From: an uncultured delta proteobacterium
GTDB taxonomy: Bacteria; Desulfobacterota; Binatia; Binatales; Binataceae
Direction: 5' to 3'
Length of the DNA: 64,000 nucleotides
NCBI GenBank assembly: GCA_963724765.1
Contig: CAVRVY010000003.1
Coordinates: 32,001 to 96,000, forward strand
Shown here piece after piece: positions 22,487 through 32,665 of the stretch. The notes beneath the pieces are model-generated. The model did not search any database and had not been told where the DNA came from. It worked only from the letters and a program-made list of their open reading frames with translations. Position numbers and translations under genes: made by a program. The first letter of the stretch is position 1, and each line of letters begins with the position of its first letter.

Positions 22487-23761
22487 CAGGATGCGGAAAA
22501 AGGATCGCATTTCTTTTTGATGGCATGTAGAGGAATGGGTAACCGTCGTCGGAGGAGGATGTGGTGATGCGCGGGACGGACCACGAGCAGAGCGGGATGT
22601 TCAGCTACATTTCGGCAGAACGCCGTGTGCCCACGGATCATCCGCTGCGCGCGATTCGAGTGATGGTCGATGCGGCGCTTAAGGAGTTGGGGCCGCGTTT
22701 CGATGCGCTCTACGCCAAGAGCGGGCGGCCGTCGATCCCGCCGGAGAAGCTGTTGCGCGCGCTTTTGCTGCAAGTGCTCTACACGGTGCGCAGCGAGCGC
22801 ATGCTGATGGAGCAGCTTGATTATAACCTGCTGTTCCGCTGGTTCGTGGGACTCAGCATGGACGATGCGGTGTGGGATGTCACGGTGTTCACCAAGAACC
22901 GGGAGCGGCTGCTCGCGGGCGAAGTGGCGCAAGGCTTTTTTCAACAAGTGGTGGCGCAGGCGCAAGCTCAGGATCTGCTCTCGGCTGAGCACTTCACGGT
23001 CGATGGAACCCTGATCGAGGCCTGGGCCGGACACAAGAGCTTCAAGCCCAAGGACCACAAGCAGACTCCGCCGGATGATCCCGGCAATCCGAGCGTCGAC
23101 TTCCACGGTGAGCGGCGCTCCAACGCAACCCACCAATCGACTACCGACCCGCAGGCGCGACTGTATAGGAAGGCCAGCGGCCGCGAGGCCAGGCTCTGCT
23201 ATCTGGGGCATGTGCTGATGGAGAATCGCAACGGTCTGGTGGTGAACACGCGGTTGACCCAGGCGACCGGCCGCGCCGAACGCGAGGCCGCGCTGGCGAT
23301 GGTGGAAAAGCTCCCGGGCTTTGGACGGGTGACGCTCGGTGCCGACAAGGGTTACGACGCCAAAGAGCTTGTGCGCGAGCTGCGCGACCACCGAGTCACG
23401 CCGCAGGTGGCGCAAAAGCCGGCGACCGCGATCGACCGGCGTACCAGCCGCCACCCCGGCTACGCGCTGAGCCAGTGGCGGCGCAAGCGGGTCGAAGAAG
23501 CCTTCGGTTGGCTCAAGACCGTTGCTTTGTTGCGCAAGACTCGTCATCGCGGAGTTGCTCGGGTCGGTTGGATGTTCACCTTCGCCGCCGCAGCCTACAA
23601 CCTGGTGCGGATGCGCACCCTGACGGTGGTCACTACCTGAACAGAGTCGCGAAGCTGCGAGCCGCGGACGCACTCGGCCCTCACGCGCCTCTCGACCCTG
23701 AAAATATCGAGTCGTGGAAACAGAGCAACTCATGACTACTCGGCATTTTTCCGCACCCTGA
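22487..23761 (+). mobile_element. Complete IS5-family element with CTAG target duplication
   Basis: TIRs CAGGATGCGGAAAA (22487-22500) and TTTTCCGCACCCTG (23747-23760). CTAG at 22483-22486 and 23762-23765. Confidence 0.9.
22561..23640 (+). CDS. IS5-family DDE transposase
   Basis: DHPLRAIR, GRPSIPPEKLLRA, VDGTLIEAWA, GADKGYD, RKRVEEAFGW, AAAYNLVRM. Confidence 0.92.
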   Translation: MVMRGTDHEQSGMFSYISAERRVPTDHPLRAIRVMVDAALKELGPRFDALYAKSGRPSIPPEKLLRALLLQVLYTVRSERMLMEQLDYNLLFRWFVGLSMDDAVWDVTVFTKNRERLLAGEVAQGFFQQVVAQAQAQDLLSAEHFTVDGTLIEAWAGHKSFKPKDHKQTPPDDPGNPSVDFHGERRSNATHQSTTDPQARLYRKASGREARLCYLGHVLMENRNGLVVNTRLTQATGRAEREAALAMVEKLPGFGRVTLGADKGYDAKELVRELRDHRVTPQVAQKPATAIDRRTSRHPGYALSQWRRKRVEEAFGWLKTVALLRKTRHRGVARVGWMFTFAAAAYNLVRMRTLTVVTT

Positions 23762-24439
23762 CTAGAACCGGTAACACTCGAGACAACGAGTCATCACAGT
23801 ATTCGAATCAGTCATGCCTGGCAGCTCTGTTTCGAGTGGCGAAGCCATGATGCGTACGACGTTGATTTAGTCTGCAGCAATGTTCCTGGAAATCTGGTGG
23901 TCGCCGAAAAAGAACATGACTTACTACCGCCCATTCATCCTGGCGATATCCTGTTGCAGGATTTCACGAGACCGCACCTGATTAGCATGAATGAACTCGC
24001 CTTGGCGATGCGCTTGCCGCCGACTCAGATTGATGCCGTTATTCATGGGAAACTTGACATCACCGCTGATGCTGCCTTTGGGCTCGGATCTTTCTTCGGT
24101 ACCACCGCAGAGCTATGGCTGAACTTGCAGCGGGACTACGATTTGCAGGTTGCCGAAAGCGCCAAGCTCGCCGCAGTCGGCTGAGATATCAATACGCGGA
24201 CCAGCAAATGACTAAGCTGGTTGCCACACAGCAGGTCTGGTCCAGGTATTAGCTGTGCGTGCGCCTCCATGACTGCGGCAGCGATGATCTCGCGCCGTCT
24301 GTCAGGAAGCGACGCGACGCAGGATGCCGCGCTTGCTTCAAGAAACGCTCCTTGATGGAATTGTTTGGTGCCTAGGGGTTTCTCCAAAGTTCACCTCTTC
24401 GGCGAATATAGCATCGGGAGGGCTTGATGCCTCCTGTGC

Positions 24440-24675
24440 ATCGTCTGAGGATTTTATCAGGAGCCCCAGCCGAGGCGGAGATGCTCACGAAATCGGCGGC
24501 GCTGGTTGCGGATCAGATGGAGATGCGACTGGCTGCGAAGAAGGTAGCCGACCTGGAACAGGCCGAGCGCAGGATCAGGGAGCAATCCGCCAGGCGAACG
24601 AGGCGCTGGTAGCAGAGCGAGGAGCACTTCCACGACCTTTTCGATGAGGCCCCGATCGCCTATGTGCATGAGCCC
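24440..24675 (+). pseudogene. Fragment of a GAF/PAS sensor-regulator gene
   Basis: AALVADQMEMRL...(frameshift)...SEEHFHDLFDEAPIAYVHE looks like the start of a PAS domain. No start or end. Confidence 0.5.
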
Positions 24676-24724
24676 AAGTCCGCGCGGAGTTTCTACCTTC
24701 TCCACAATGTAGGGAAAATATACA

Positions 24725-24816
24725 GACTGGCTGGCGGAGCGAACTGAATTCGAACTGCCGGTACCGGTTTCTAAACTGTCAGACGACAGCGTCGTGTTAT
24801 AATTTCCGACGCTGAG
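24725..24816 (+). repeat. tRNA-3'-end-like repeat, copy A
   Basis: GACTGGCTGGCGGAGCGAACTGAATTCGAACTGCCGGTACC...GTCGTGTTATAATTT; related copies at 48343, 54505 and 54791 (inverted). Confidence 0.9.
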
Positions 24817-25071
24817 GAGACAAACAGATGCGCTTCAAACCGGACTCGAACTCCGCGTTTGCTAGCCGCTTGGTGGCGGTGCCAATCTAAATCAGGATTC
24901 ACAACGGAAACTCCTGATTACGCCCCGAGCAGACGTGAAGAGAAAGGAGGAGGCCCGAGCGTGCGACTTTTCTTGAACGCAATTTTAAGTAGGTTCGTGG
25001 CGAGCTTCCTTTTGGCAGAGACCCCGGCCGCCGCCGGGACAGCGACAGCCACAATCAACTTAGTCAACGCC

Positions 25072-26168
25072 TGTGCTTAGTCAAAACCTAAACTCTGACA
25101 TATTGGTGATGCAGCCCGCCCAGCATTGAGATGACTGCTATGGGACCGAGCTTCTGCGGGCGACGAAAAGTCGGCGCATTCTTGTGCAATGAGAGATGCG
25201 TCCGGACTTCGTTATAATAGGAAGCGTAATTCTTTAGAACGCGACGCAAGTGCGCTTCGTCGAACACCACCAGGTGGTCGAGACATTCGCGCCGGATAGA
25301 GCCGATGAGGCGCTCGACGTGGCCGTTCTGCCACGGTGAGCGCGGTGCAGTCGGATGGTCGCGGATCCGCATTGCCCGAATGCGATGGGTGTAGGCTGGG
25401 CCGAAGGCCCCGTCGCGGTCGCGAATCAGGTGACTGGGCGCTTCATCCCAGGGGAACGCGTCCGTCACCTGACCAGCGATCCACTCGGCGGTCGGATTGG
25501 AAGTGACGCTGATTGTGACTAGCCGCCGGCGGGCGTGACGCAGGATAACCAAGCCATAGAGCAGCTTGAACGAGATGGTGCGCACCACGAACAGATCCAG
25601 CGAAGCGATGCCGGCCGCGTGATTACGCAGGAAAGTCTTCCAACCTTGGGACGGTGGTCGGCGGCGCCGGACCATATACCTGCCGACGGTTGACTCAGCA
25701 ACTTCGATGCCAAGCATCAACAACTCGCCGTGGATCCGCGGTGCGCCCCACAGTGGGTTCTCGCCGCTCATCCGCCGGATCAGCGCTCGAATATCTGAAT
25801 TGATCCGTGGACGGCCGCCGACGTGGCGGGACTTCCAGCGCCAGTATGCGCGGAAACCGCGTCGGTGCCAGCGGAGAATCGTCTCCGGCTGGACGATGAT
25901 AATCGCGTCCAGGAGTGACGGGTAAAGTCGATACAGCCATACGAACAGCAAGCGATCGACGTTCCACAGTCTCACGCGCGTCGGAGACTTGCGCCGTAGA
26001 ATTACAAGCTGTTGGCGCAGGAAGAGATTCTCGGCCTCTAGCCGCGCTCGACTCGTGAACCGCGACCGGATGGCAAGCAGTAGCTGGGTCAGAAACGCGA
26101 CCATCGGCCGCTTCACAAGCATACGCCCATGTGCGCATCATCCCGGATAAGGTTTTCGGAAGGCACAG
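25072..26168 (-). mobile_element. Complete IS481-like element (TGT..ACA ends), transposase 25088-26122
   Basis: Imperfect TIRs TGTGCCTTCCGAAAACC / TGTGCTTAGTCAAAACC. Intact 344-aa ORF with HTH and integrase core ending GGLHHQYVRV. Confidence 0.9.
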
Positions 26169-26994
26169 GTGCCGTGACGACCTCAGCGATTCCCATCGCG
26201 GCGACTCGCTTGCTGAAGACCGAGCCGTAGGAGGTGTCGCGGTCGCGCAGCAGAAAGCTGGGAGCCGTGTCCCACGGAAACGCTTCTATTACCTGCTGCG
26301 AAAGCCACGCCGCCGTGGGATGCTGCGTAACATCGAACTGCACAATCTTTCTGCGACCGTGAGCCAGGATGATCATCACGTAGAGCAGTCGAAACGAGAC
26401 CGACACGACGACGAACATGTCGATGGCGGCGATGCCGATTACTTCGTTGCGCAGGAAGCTACGCCATGTCGGTGAAGACGTTCCGATTCGTCGCACCATG
26501 TACTTTGCGACCGTGGCTTGGCTGACCTCGATACCGAGCTTCAAGAGCTCGCCGTGGATGCGGGGCGCACCCCACAGCGGGTTGGCGCTGTTCATCTGCC
26601 GGATCAGATCACGAACTTCGCGATCTACTGAGGGCCTTCCAGACCTTGAGCGCCAACGCCAATAGAGCCGGAAGCCTTGTCGATGCCACTGGACTACGGT
26701 GGCTGGCTTTACCAACACCATGAGGTTCAAGCACCGTGGCCAGACCCGGTAAAGCCAGACCCGGAGTAAGCGATCGAGCGTGGAGAGCCGGACGCGGCCA
26801 GGACGCTGGCGACGCAGCACTGTCAGCTGGTGGCGGAGCGCAATGACCTCGAGCTCCAATTTCGCGCGGCTGCGAAACCGACCGACAAGCCATGAAAGAA
26901 GCGCCAAGATAAATGCGAGCATGCCCGTGACGTTACGGCCGAGCTAGATAAATCGCTAGACTTTTTGAGGCTTTCCGAGTTTTCAATAGGGACA
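26169..26994 (-). mobile_element. Second copy of the 17041-18134 element, cut by the nested IS
   Basis: Nearly identical to 17310-18134 up to EVVTAP, where the other IS begins. Confidence 0.9.
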
Positions 26995-27149
26995 CCCCAT
27001 GCCCCAAGGGCAAAGCTGCTAACCATTTCTCTCGTGAGATTTGGAGTCCTCGATCGAGGTTTCTGCGATACGAAACCCTTCGATGTATGTGTCACGACGT
27101 GAGCCCGTCATCCCAGATCCTACCAACGCGAAGACTTCGTCTTCGATCC

Positions 27150-27298
27150 GCTTGCACTATCTGGCCTTATTGGAAGAGAAGATCGGCGCGCTCGACCAGG
27201 CCGCGCCGCTGGTCGGCTGGGATCTGCCCGCAGAGTTCGCGACCCTGCGCCGGCTGCTCGAGGCCCGCATGGGCAAGCCCGGCAAGCGTGAGTTCGTC
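27150..27298 (+). mobile_element. IS21 istA internal fragment
   Basis: HYLALLEEKIGALDQAAPLVGWDLPAEFATLRRLLEARMGKPGKREFV closely matches the C-terminal part of istA at 60779-62290. Confidence 0.85.
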
Positions 27299-27853
27299 CA
27301 CTTCGAGGTCGTGCGCTTCGTCGAGAAGCCGCCGCTCGAGGCGGCGCGCCGGATGGTCGCGTCGGGGAAGTTTTTGTGGAACGCCGGGATGTTCGTGATG
27401 GATGTCGCGACGCTGGCATCCGAGCTTGAGCAGCACGCTCCGGATCTCGCCCGCGCGATGCGTGAGTTCGCCGGAGCGCCGGCGGCCACGGTCGCGCGCA
27501 TCTATCGCCGCCTCGATTTCGACGCGTTCGATCGCGTGGTTGCCGAGAAGAGCCGCAACGTGCTGAGCGTGCAGGCGCGCTTTCGATGGCATGACGTGGG
27601 AAGCTGGGAGGGGCTCTGGGAGGCGCTCGGCGGGCGCGAATCCAACGTGCTCAAGGGCGAGGTGATCGCGCTTGACTGCGAGGGCGTGCTGGCGCGCGGC
27701 GGCGAGGGACGCCTGATGGTGTTGCTGGGCGTGAAGGACCTGGTCGCGGTCGACACCGGCGATGCGCTCCTGATTGCCGGCCGCAAAAGCTCGCAGGATC
27801 TCCGCCGCGTGGTCGACCAACTCGCACGCCGCCGCCTCGATCGCTACCTGTAG
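27299..27853 (+). pseudogene. manC: C-terminal half of mannose-1-phosphate guanylyltransferase
   Basis: VVRFVEKP, FLWNAGMF, WHDVGSW, LGVKDLVAVDTGDALLI. The N-terminal nucleotidyltransferase motif is absent. Confidence 0.85.
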
Positions 27854-28038
27854 CCGCGACTTCTTTTTTCCTGTGCGTTAGGACGCCGATGCGCTGAGGA
27901 TCCGCGGACTCGGTTAGGCCGCAGGATCTGCGAGCAGCGGTTCTGAAACTGACCCGGAGCAGATTGCAGATCTGGCATGTTGCTCCGGTAAGTCAACGCT
28001 CGCACAGGCGGCGTGCTCGATCGGTGATACGCAGACGC

Positions 28039-28461
28039 CTAGGTTCTGGCCCGGTTGGTCGCTGTCGCTGCGCTCAATGACGTATCCGAACGGGCTGGAT
28101 GGACAGCTGTCGTCGTGGAGGCAGTTACCGAAAACAAGTGTTTGAGTTTGCCGTTTGTCGGTGAAGTGGTTCGAACGTGTTGGTCCAGCTTGAACACAGT
28201 AATGCTTTCCGGATGCACCAACTCGCAAAGCTGGTGCAGAGTGCTCTGCACCTTGTCATCGAACAGCAAGAACTCGAGCCGTAGGCGAGACAGATCGGCC
28301 GTAAACTCACAGCCTCTGTATAGTTGCTGCCGTCCGCCGGCCAGCGCGCCACCCGAACGGTAGATCTGGACTATATCGAATTCCGAGATTCCGAGCCGAG
28401 GCGCCGCTTCCTTGAACGCGTCCAAAGCCCAAGGGGTGATTACTGCTTCTATCCTTTTCAT
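28039..28461 (-). CDS. Degenerate P-II-like protein 1
   Basis: MKRIEAVITPWALD (P-II N-terminus), LYRGCEF T-loop remnant, RLRLEFLL; no GDGKIF motif. Confidence 0.7.
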   Translation of the reverse strand: MKRIEAVITPWALDAFKEAAPRLGISEFDIVQIYRSGGALAGGRQQLYRGCEFTADLSRLRLEFLLFDDKVQSTLHQLCELVHPESITVFKLDQHVRTTSPTNGKLKHLFSVTASTTTAVHPARSDTSLSAATATNRART

Positions 28462-28530
28462 TTCATAACTCCAGAGCGAGAAAAAGGTACACTCCAGTTG
28501 AGAACCGTGTGCTTCTATCGTTTGAGATGA

Positions 28531-28545
28531 GCAGAAACTATGCCA
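28531..28545 (-). promoter_or_regulatory. Sigma54 -24/-12 promoter of P-II-like gene 1
   Basis: Minus strand TGGCATAGTTTCTGC (GG-N10-GC), 70 nt upstream of the ATG. Confidence 0.75.
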
Positions 28546-28871
28546 TGCCTAAGGTCCTGTAAGACTAGAGCTTTTTCAGCTCAAGATGATTGGCTTGGTT
28601 TCACTCCTCGGCAGGACTTTGCTGCAATTTGCGATCTGAGTCAGGGTGATCGAGATTGAGAGATTGCTGGCTGGTATCCCTGGGCAATTGGAAAGTTCCC
28701 GAGAGGATTTGATCCAGCTCACTGAGGGTTACTTGCAAGTGTGCGCGCTGCATGCGCTCTCACGCTAATCCTCGAGGAGTCGCGATGGTGCGTTGCGCAC
28801 GGAGCGCCGCCGCGCTCTCAGTGCAGATGGTAGGTCGCGTGCCAGCGCGTGTAACTCAAACGCTCGTGGTC

Positions 28872-29054
28872 CTAGTGCTCGCGCAGCGCGGGATCTTCGC
28901 TATCGAATCCGCGCTCGCGACAAAAGGCGATGAAATCGGCGTAGCGCAGCAGCCGAACGGACTCGCGCTGTTCCTCGATGACCAGGTCCGCCGCACTCAT
29001 CTCGGCAATCATGTCGTTAACAACGCTCGACTCAAGCTGGTCGCGAAGTCTCAT
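28872..29054 (-). CDS. Small hypothetical protein (60 aa)
   Basis: AAGGA directly before the ATG; follows 29089-29583 on the same strand. Confidence 0.45.
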   Translation of the reverse strand: MRLRDQLESSVVNDMIAEMSAADLVIEEQRESVRLLRYADFIAFCRERGFDSEDPALREH

Positions 29055-29088
29055 TTCCTTGCACTGCGTCGGTTCTGATCGCTGCTGG

Positions 29089-29583
29089 TTAACCTGGATT
29101 GGCTCGCCAAACCCTCACTTTCCAGGCTCGGCGGCCGGCCGAAATCAATGCAGCGAGGCGTCCTCGAAACGTCTTAAGGGGTGTGACTTCCTGCGTGAGA
29201 CGCGAGCCCGCTGTCAGGCGGCTGAAGACGGGACACGGCCCTAAGCCGAACGTCGCAAGTCTCTCGGCTGCCTCCGAGGTTTGGATTAGACTTCCGTTCG
29301 CGTCCAAAGGGGTCACGGTCACCACAGTCCACCGGTCGTCAACCCTGAAGGCCCATTTGCATCTGAGGCAGTAGTATAGGTGCAGCCGCCGTCCCGAAGC
29401 TGCGTCTGTCTCCAACGCCCAAATCGCAAAATTGTGCCGCATCTCGGCAGGCGAAAAGATTGGAGCGCCCAATGGCGCACGTTTCTGCGAGAATTCCGGC
29501 TTGCGGTGTTTGACCAGCGCCAAGCCGCGAAACGGCGCGTTGCTATCCAGGGCAGTTCGGACAACATGGGATTTCAGTTCCAC
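29089..29583 (-). CDS. Hypothetical protein with CxxC and further Cys (possible metal binding)
   Basis: YYCLRCKWAF...FGLGPCP; GGAG RBS; preceded by a sigma54 promoter. Confidence 0.55.
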   Translation of the reverse strand: MELKSHVVRTALDSNAPFRGLALVKHRKPEFSQKRAPLGAPIFSPAEMRHNFAIWALETDAASGRRLHLYYCLRCKWAFRVDDRWTVVTVTPLDANGSLIQTSEAAERLATFGLGPCPVFSRLTAGSRLTQEVTPLKTFRGRLAALISAGRRAWKVRVWRANPG

Positions 29584-29628
29584 TGCTGTACTCCGAGAGG
29601 ACCCTACACGATTCCTCTCGTAAGTAGA

Positions 29629-29643
29629 GCATTTCTTATGCCG
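29629..29643 (-). promoter_or_regulatory. Sigma54 promoter of the CxxC gene
   Basis: Minus strand CGGCATAAGAAATGC (GG-N10-GC). Confidence 0.65.
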
Positions 29644-29782
29644 CGTGTGGCCCTGTTCAATCTCCCAGTAATTAAGCGGCCACCAAAAAAGGCGGTCGGC
29701 TGAACATTGCAGATTGCAGCAATGGTTCGCTGCGTCTTGAAAGACCTTCGAGGCGACTCTTTCGTTGGCCGACGTCTAGTGC

Positions 29783-31114
29783 CTAGTCGAGCTTGTAGCG
29801 CTTGCGTTTGCGCCACAGGGTAGTGACGTTTATTCCAAGGTTTTCCGCTGCGTCCTGAAGTGTTGGCGACTCGGCCAAGACGCGCATTATCTGTTCGCGT
29901 TCGATCTCCTCTAGACTGGCTGAGGAAAGGGAGCTCGGTGCGAGAGGGCGCTGCTGAAAAAGGGTGTCCGGGAGGCACTCCGGACTGATCAAGTTGCTCT
30001 GGGAGAGCACCGCGGCGCGCTCGACGGCATTGCGCAACTCGCGCACATTACCCGGCCAGCCGTAATTGGCAATTACTACCTGAGCCTCGGGTGAGAAACG
30101 CAATTGCGAGCGGTGGTTACGAATAGCAGCGGCCGAAAGTAGCCGCTCCGCAAGAGGAAGTATGTCTTCGGCATGTTCGCGTAGCGGGGGTACAGGCAGA
30201 GCAATGACGTCAAGCCTATAGAACAGGTCCTCCCGAAAGTGGTGAGCCGCCACCTCGGCTGGAAGATCGCGGTTCGATGCGGCTATGATGCGCGCGTCCA
30301 CGTGAATTGTGTTGTCACCACCGACGCGTTCGAAACGCTGTTCCTGAACGAAGCGAAGAAACTTGGCTTGGAGAGGGGCACTCAAATCAGCGATCTCGTC
30401 GAGGAAGACTGTGCCGCCATTAGCAGCCTCCAGACGGCCCGGCTTGTCCTTAATGGCCCCGGTGAATGCCCCTTTGACATGGCCAAAGAGTTCGCTCTCA
30501 AGCAACTGCTCGGACAGTGTGGTGCAATTGACAACGACAAAAGGCTCTTCACGACGCAGACTCCAACGGTGAATCTGGTGCGCAAGGACGTTTTTGCCCG
30601 TACCGCTTTCACCTGTCAAAAGAATCGCTGCTTCGCTGGCAGCGACACGTTGGGCGTCATGAAGCAAGCGCTGCATCGCAGGACTGCGAGACTCGAGCCA
30701 CGGCCGCTCTTCCAGCGTGTCACGCAATCCACGAACCTCGCCGCGCAGGCTTCGAGTTTCGAGGGCCCGTTCGACGGCGTGTTCGACCTGATCGAGTGAA
30801 AAAGGCTTTGTGAGGTAGTCGTAAGCGCCCGCCTTCATAGCGGCGACGGCGTTTTCCACCGTTGCATACGCCGTCATCAGAATTACCAAAACGTCAAGAT
30901 CTCGATCTTTGATATGCCTCAGTAGTTCGTAACCATTCATCTCTGCCATGCGGTAGTCCGTCAGGACCAGATCGAAACCGTCTTCCTCTGAGAAGCGCGC
31001 GAGCGCTTGCTGGCCGCTTTCCGCAGTGCGCACCTGATAGCCACGCCCTTCGAAGAGTGTAGCGAGATTTACGCGGATGTTTTTTTCATCGTCGACTATC
31101 AGGATCTTTGCCAT
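29783..31114 (-). CDS. Sigma54-dependent NtrC/AtoC-family response regulator
   Basis: REC (ILIVDDE, LTDYRM, DYLTKPF), GESGTGK, ESELFGHVKGAFTGA, FLDEI, FREDLFYRL, WPGNVREL, Fis-type HTH. Confidence 0.95.
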   Translation of the reverse strand: MAKILIVDDEKNIRVNLATLFEGRGYQVRTAESGQQALARFSEEDGFDLVLTDYRMAEMNGYELLRHIKDRDLDVLVILMTAYATVENAVAAMKAGAYDYLTKPFSLDQVEHAVERALETRSLRGEVRGLRDTLEERPWLESRSPAMQRLLHDAQRVAASEAAILLTGESGTGKNVLAHQIHRWSLRREEPFVVVNCTTLSEQLLESELFGHVKGAFTGAIKDKPGRLEAANGGTVFLDEIADLSAPLQAKFLRFVQEQRFERVGGDNTIHVDARIIAASNRDLPAEVAAHHFREDLFYRLDVIALPVPPLREHAEDILPLAERLLSAAAIRNHRSQLRFSPEAQVVIANYGWPGNVRELRNAVERAAVLSQSNLISPECLPDTLFQQRPLAPSSLSSASLEEIEREQIMRVLAESPTLQDAAENLGINVTTLWRKRKRYKLD

Positions 31115-32535
31115 AGCGCCTCCGGCTCCGCGGGCAACTCGACCGTGAAGCAGGTTCCCTTGCCCAACGTGCTGTCCACAAAGATTCGGCCTCCATGCGC
31201 CTCGACGATTTCCTTGGCGATTGCGAGGCCCAAACCCGCGGAGCCCGGCTGCGCTCCATTTACATTCCATTGGGCGAAGCGTTCGAAAAGACGCTCTCGG
31301 AGTTCAGCCGCGATGCCGGGTCCCGTATCACAGACCTGCAGTCGAACCGTCCGCGCTATCGTCTGTGACGATAGCGTGATCGTTCCGTCGACGGGCGTGT
31401 AACGCAACGCATTGGCGATCAGGTTTGACACAACCCACGACAACTTCACCGGGTCAGCGCGAATCTTTTGTGCGGACTGGTCGAAGTCCGTTGTGAACCG
31501 AACCGGCTTCTGTTCCGCCTGAAGCGCGAAAGTCCTGGTTACCGTCTTCAGCAGTTGCGTGAGATCGACGGGAATAGTCTGAAGAGTAATTGCCGCTCCC
31601 TCGCCTCGGGCAAGGTCGAGCAACCCATTTGCCAGATTCGTCATCCGCCCCGCATCTTCACGAATCGCACACACCATCGCCCGTTGCGCTGCACTCAAGC
31701 TGCTGCTGCGTTGCAACAGTTCCGCCGAAAGTGCAAGGGACGTAAGCGGCGTTTTTAGCTCATGCGACAAGGTCGCGACTAGATCGGTCCGTGCCTGGTC
31801 CTTGTCGCGCAGATAGGTGATGTCCTGCAGAATGAGGATAGTCCCAAAAGACTGGCCGTTTTCATGTCTAAGCGGCACGGCCTTCAGGACGTAGGTGTGG
31901 TTTCGACCGCGCACGTGAAGATCGACCTCGACTCGCTGCGGCTCCGGGAGTTGCGTTGCCCCGCCCCGCAGTGCAGACCTAACCCGCAGGTAATGAGGAT
32001 GGTTGCTGCTAAGGTCATCGAAGGGACTCCCGAGAGCTTGGTCACGCTTGACACCCAGGATGATGCCAGCGAGGTCGTTTATGTGGGTCACCACACCGCC
32101 GGAGTCGATCAAGGCGATACCGTCTTCGATGCTTTCGAGAAAGTAGAACTCCTGATGGTCGGGGATTCCCGGTAGACCGCGCCTAAGTTCGGAGAAGATA
32201 CGCTGCCCCCGCCGCTGGATATCATGGGCGAGCGCGTCTTCTCCGACTTCCGTGATATCGCTCAATTCGACGTTAATCCAATGCGTGAATCTGTCATGGC
32301 TCCATGGAAGTACGGTGGCTGACGACCCTCGCAGTTGAGCAAGCTCGGCCGCATTGAGGGCCGCGTGCATGTGCTGAGCGGCCTCGATACTGACGTAGTT
32401 GCGATAGAGGGTTTCGCGGATAGAACCACCCAGCTCGTGAATCCTTGGTACCGCAAACGCTCCAATCGTGAGCGTCAGGACGAGCATCGCCAGGGTGCCA
32501 TTGCGAATGCGCGTATGCAGCGGGGGAGGTGTCAT
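31099..32535 (-). CDS. PAS sensor histidine kinase (KinB/KdpD-associated type), apparently missing TM2/HAMP
   Basis: One TM, NYVSIEAA sensor start, PAS, SHELKTPL H-box, NLIANALRY, DTGPGI, GLGLAI. The stop overlaps the regulator start. Confidence 0.85.
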   Translation of the reverse strand: MTPPPLHTRIRNGTLAMLVLTLTIGAFAVPRIHELGGSIRETLYRNYVSIEAAQHMHAALNAAELAQLRGSSATVLPWSHDRFTHWINVELSDITEVGEDALAHDIQRRGQRIFSELRRGLPGIPDHQEFYFLESIEDGIALIDSGGVVTHINDLAGIILGVKRDQALGSPFDDLSSNHPHYLRVRSALRGGATQLPEPQRVEVDLHVRGRNHTYVLKAVPLRHENGQSFGTILILQDITYLRDKDQARTDLVATLSHELKTPLTSLALSAELLQRSSSLSAAQRAMVCAIREDAGRMTNLANGLLDLARGEGAAITLQTIPVDLTQLLKTVTRTFALQAEQKPVRFTTDFDQSAQKIRADPVKLSWVVSNLIANALRYTPVDGTITLSSQTIARTVRLQVCDTGPGIAAELRERLFERFAQWNVNGAQPGSAGLGLAIAKEIVEAHGGRIFVDSTLGKGTCFTVELPAEPEALWQRS

Positions 32536-32665
32536 CGCCGTATCCCTGTGGGTTTCAGCCGCACGGTCTCGCTCAGAGACCCGCAGCGATACTGATGCTG
32601 TCAAGCAGCGTGCGACAGTTGCCAACACAACGGTTTGTCTTTGCGAAAAGGCTCTATGTAGATAC

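Larger units (their letters stand above)
22309..24184 (+). pseudogene. HigB toxin fused in frame to a HigA antitoxin, interrupted by IS5
   Basis: MIKTFRS...RRKLAQLNAAAELRDLTVPPENC before the IS. LEPV...HSIRISHAWQLCFEWRSHDAYDVDLV after it reads without a stop into PPIHPGDILL...ELWLNLQRDYDL. Confidence 0.85.

Noticed and set aside
22483-23733. 416-aa minus-strand ORF
   Set aside because: Antisense shadow of the IS5 transposase.
27041-27853. 270-aa ORF as a real novel protein
   Set aside because: Chimera of unrelated sequence, an istA fragment and the manC C-terminus.
29783-32535. Calling the two-component pair kdpDE
   Set aside because: The regulator is NtrC-type, not OmpR-type KdpE, and the kinase lacks the KdpD N-terminal, USP and 4-TM domains.
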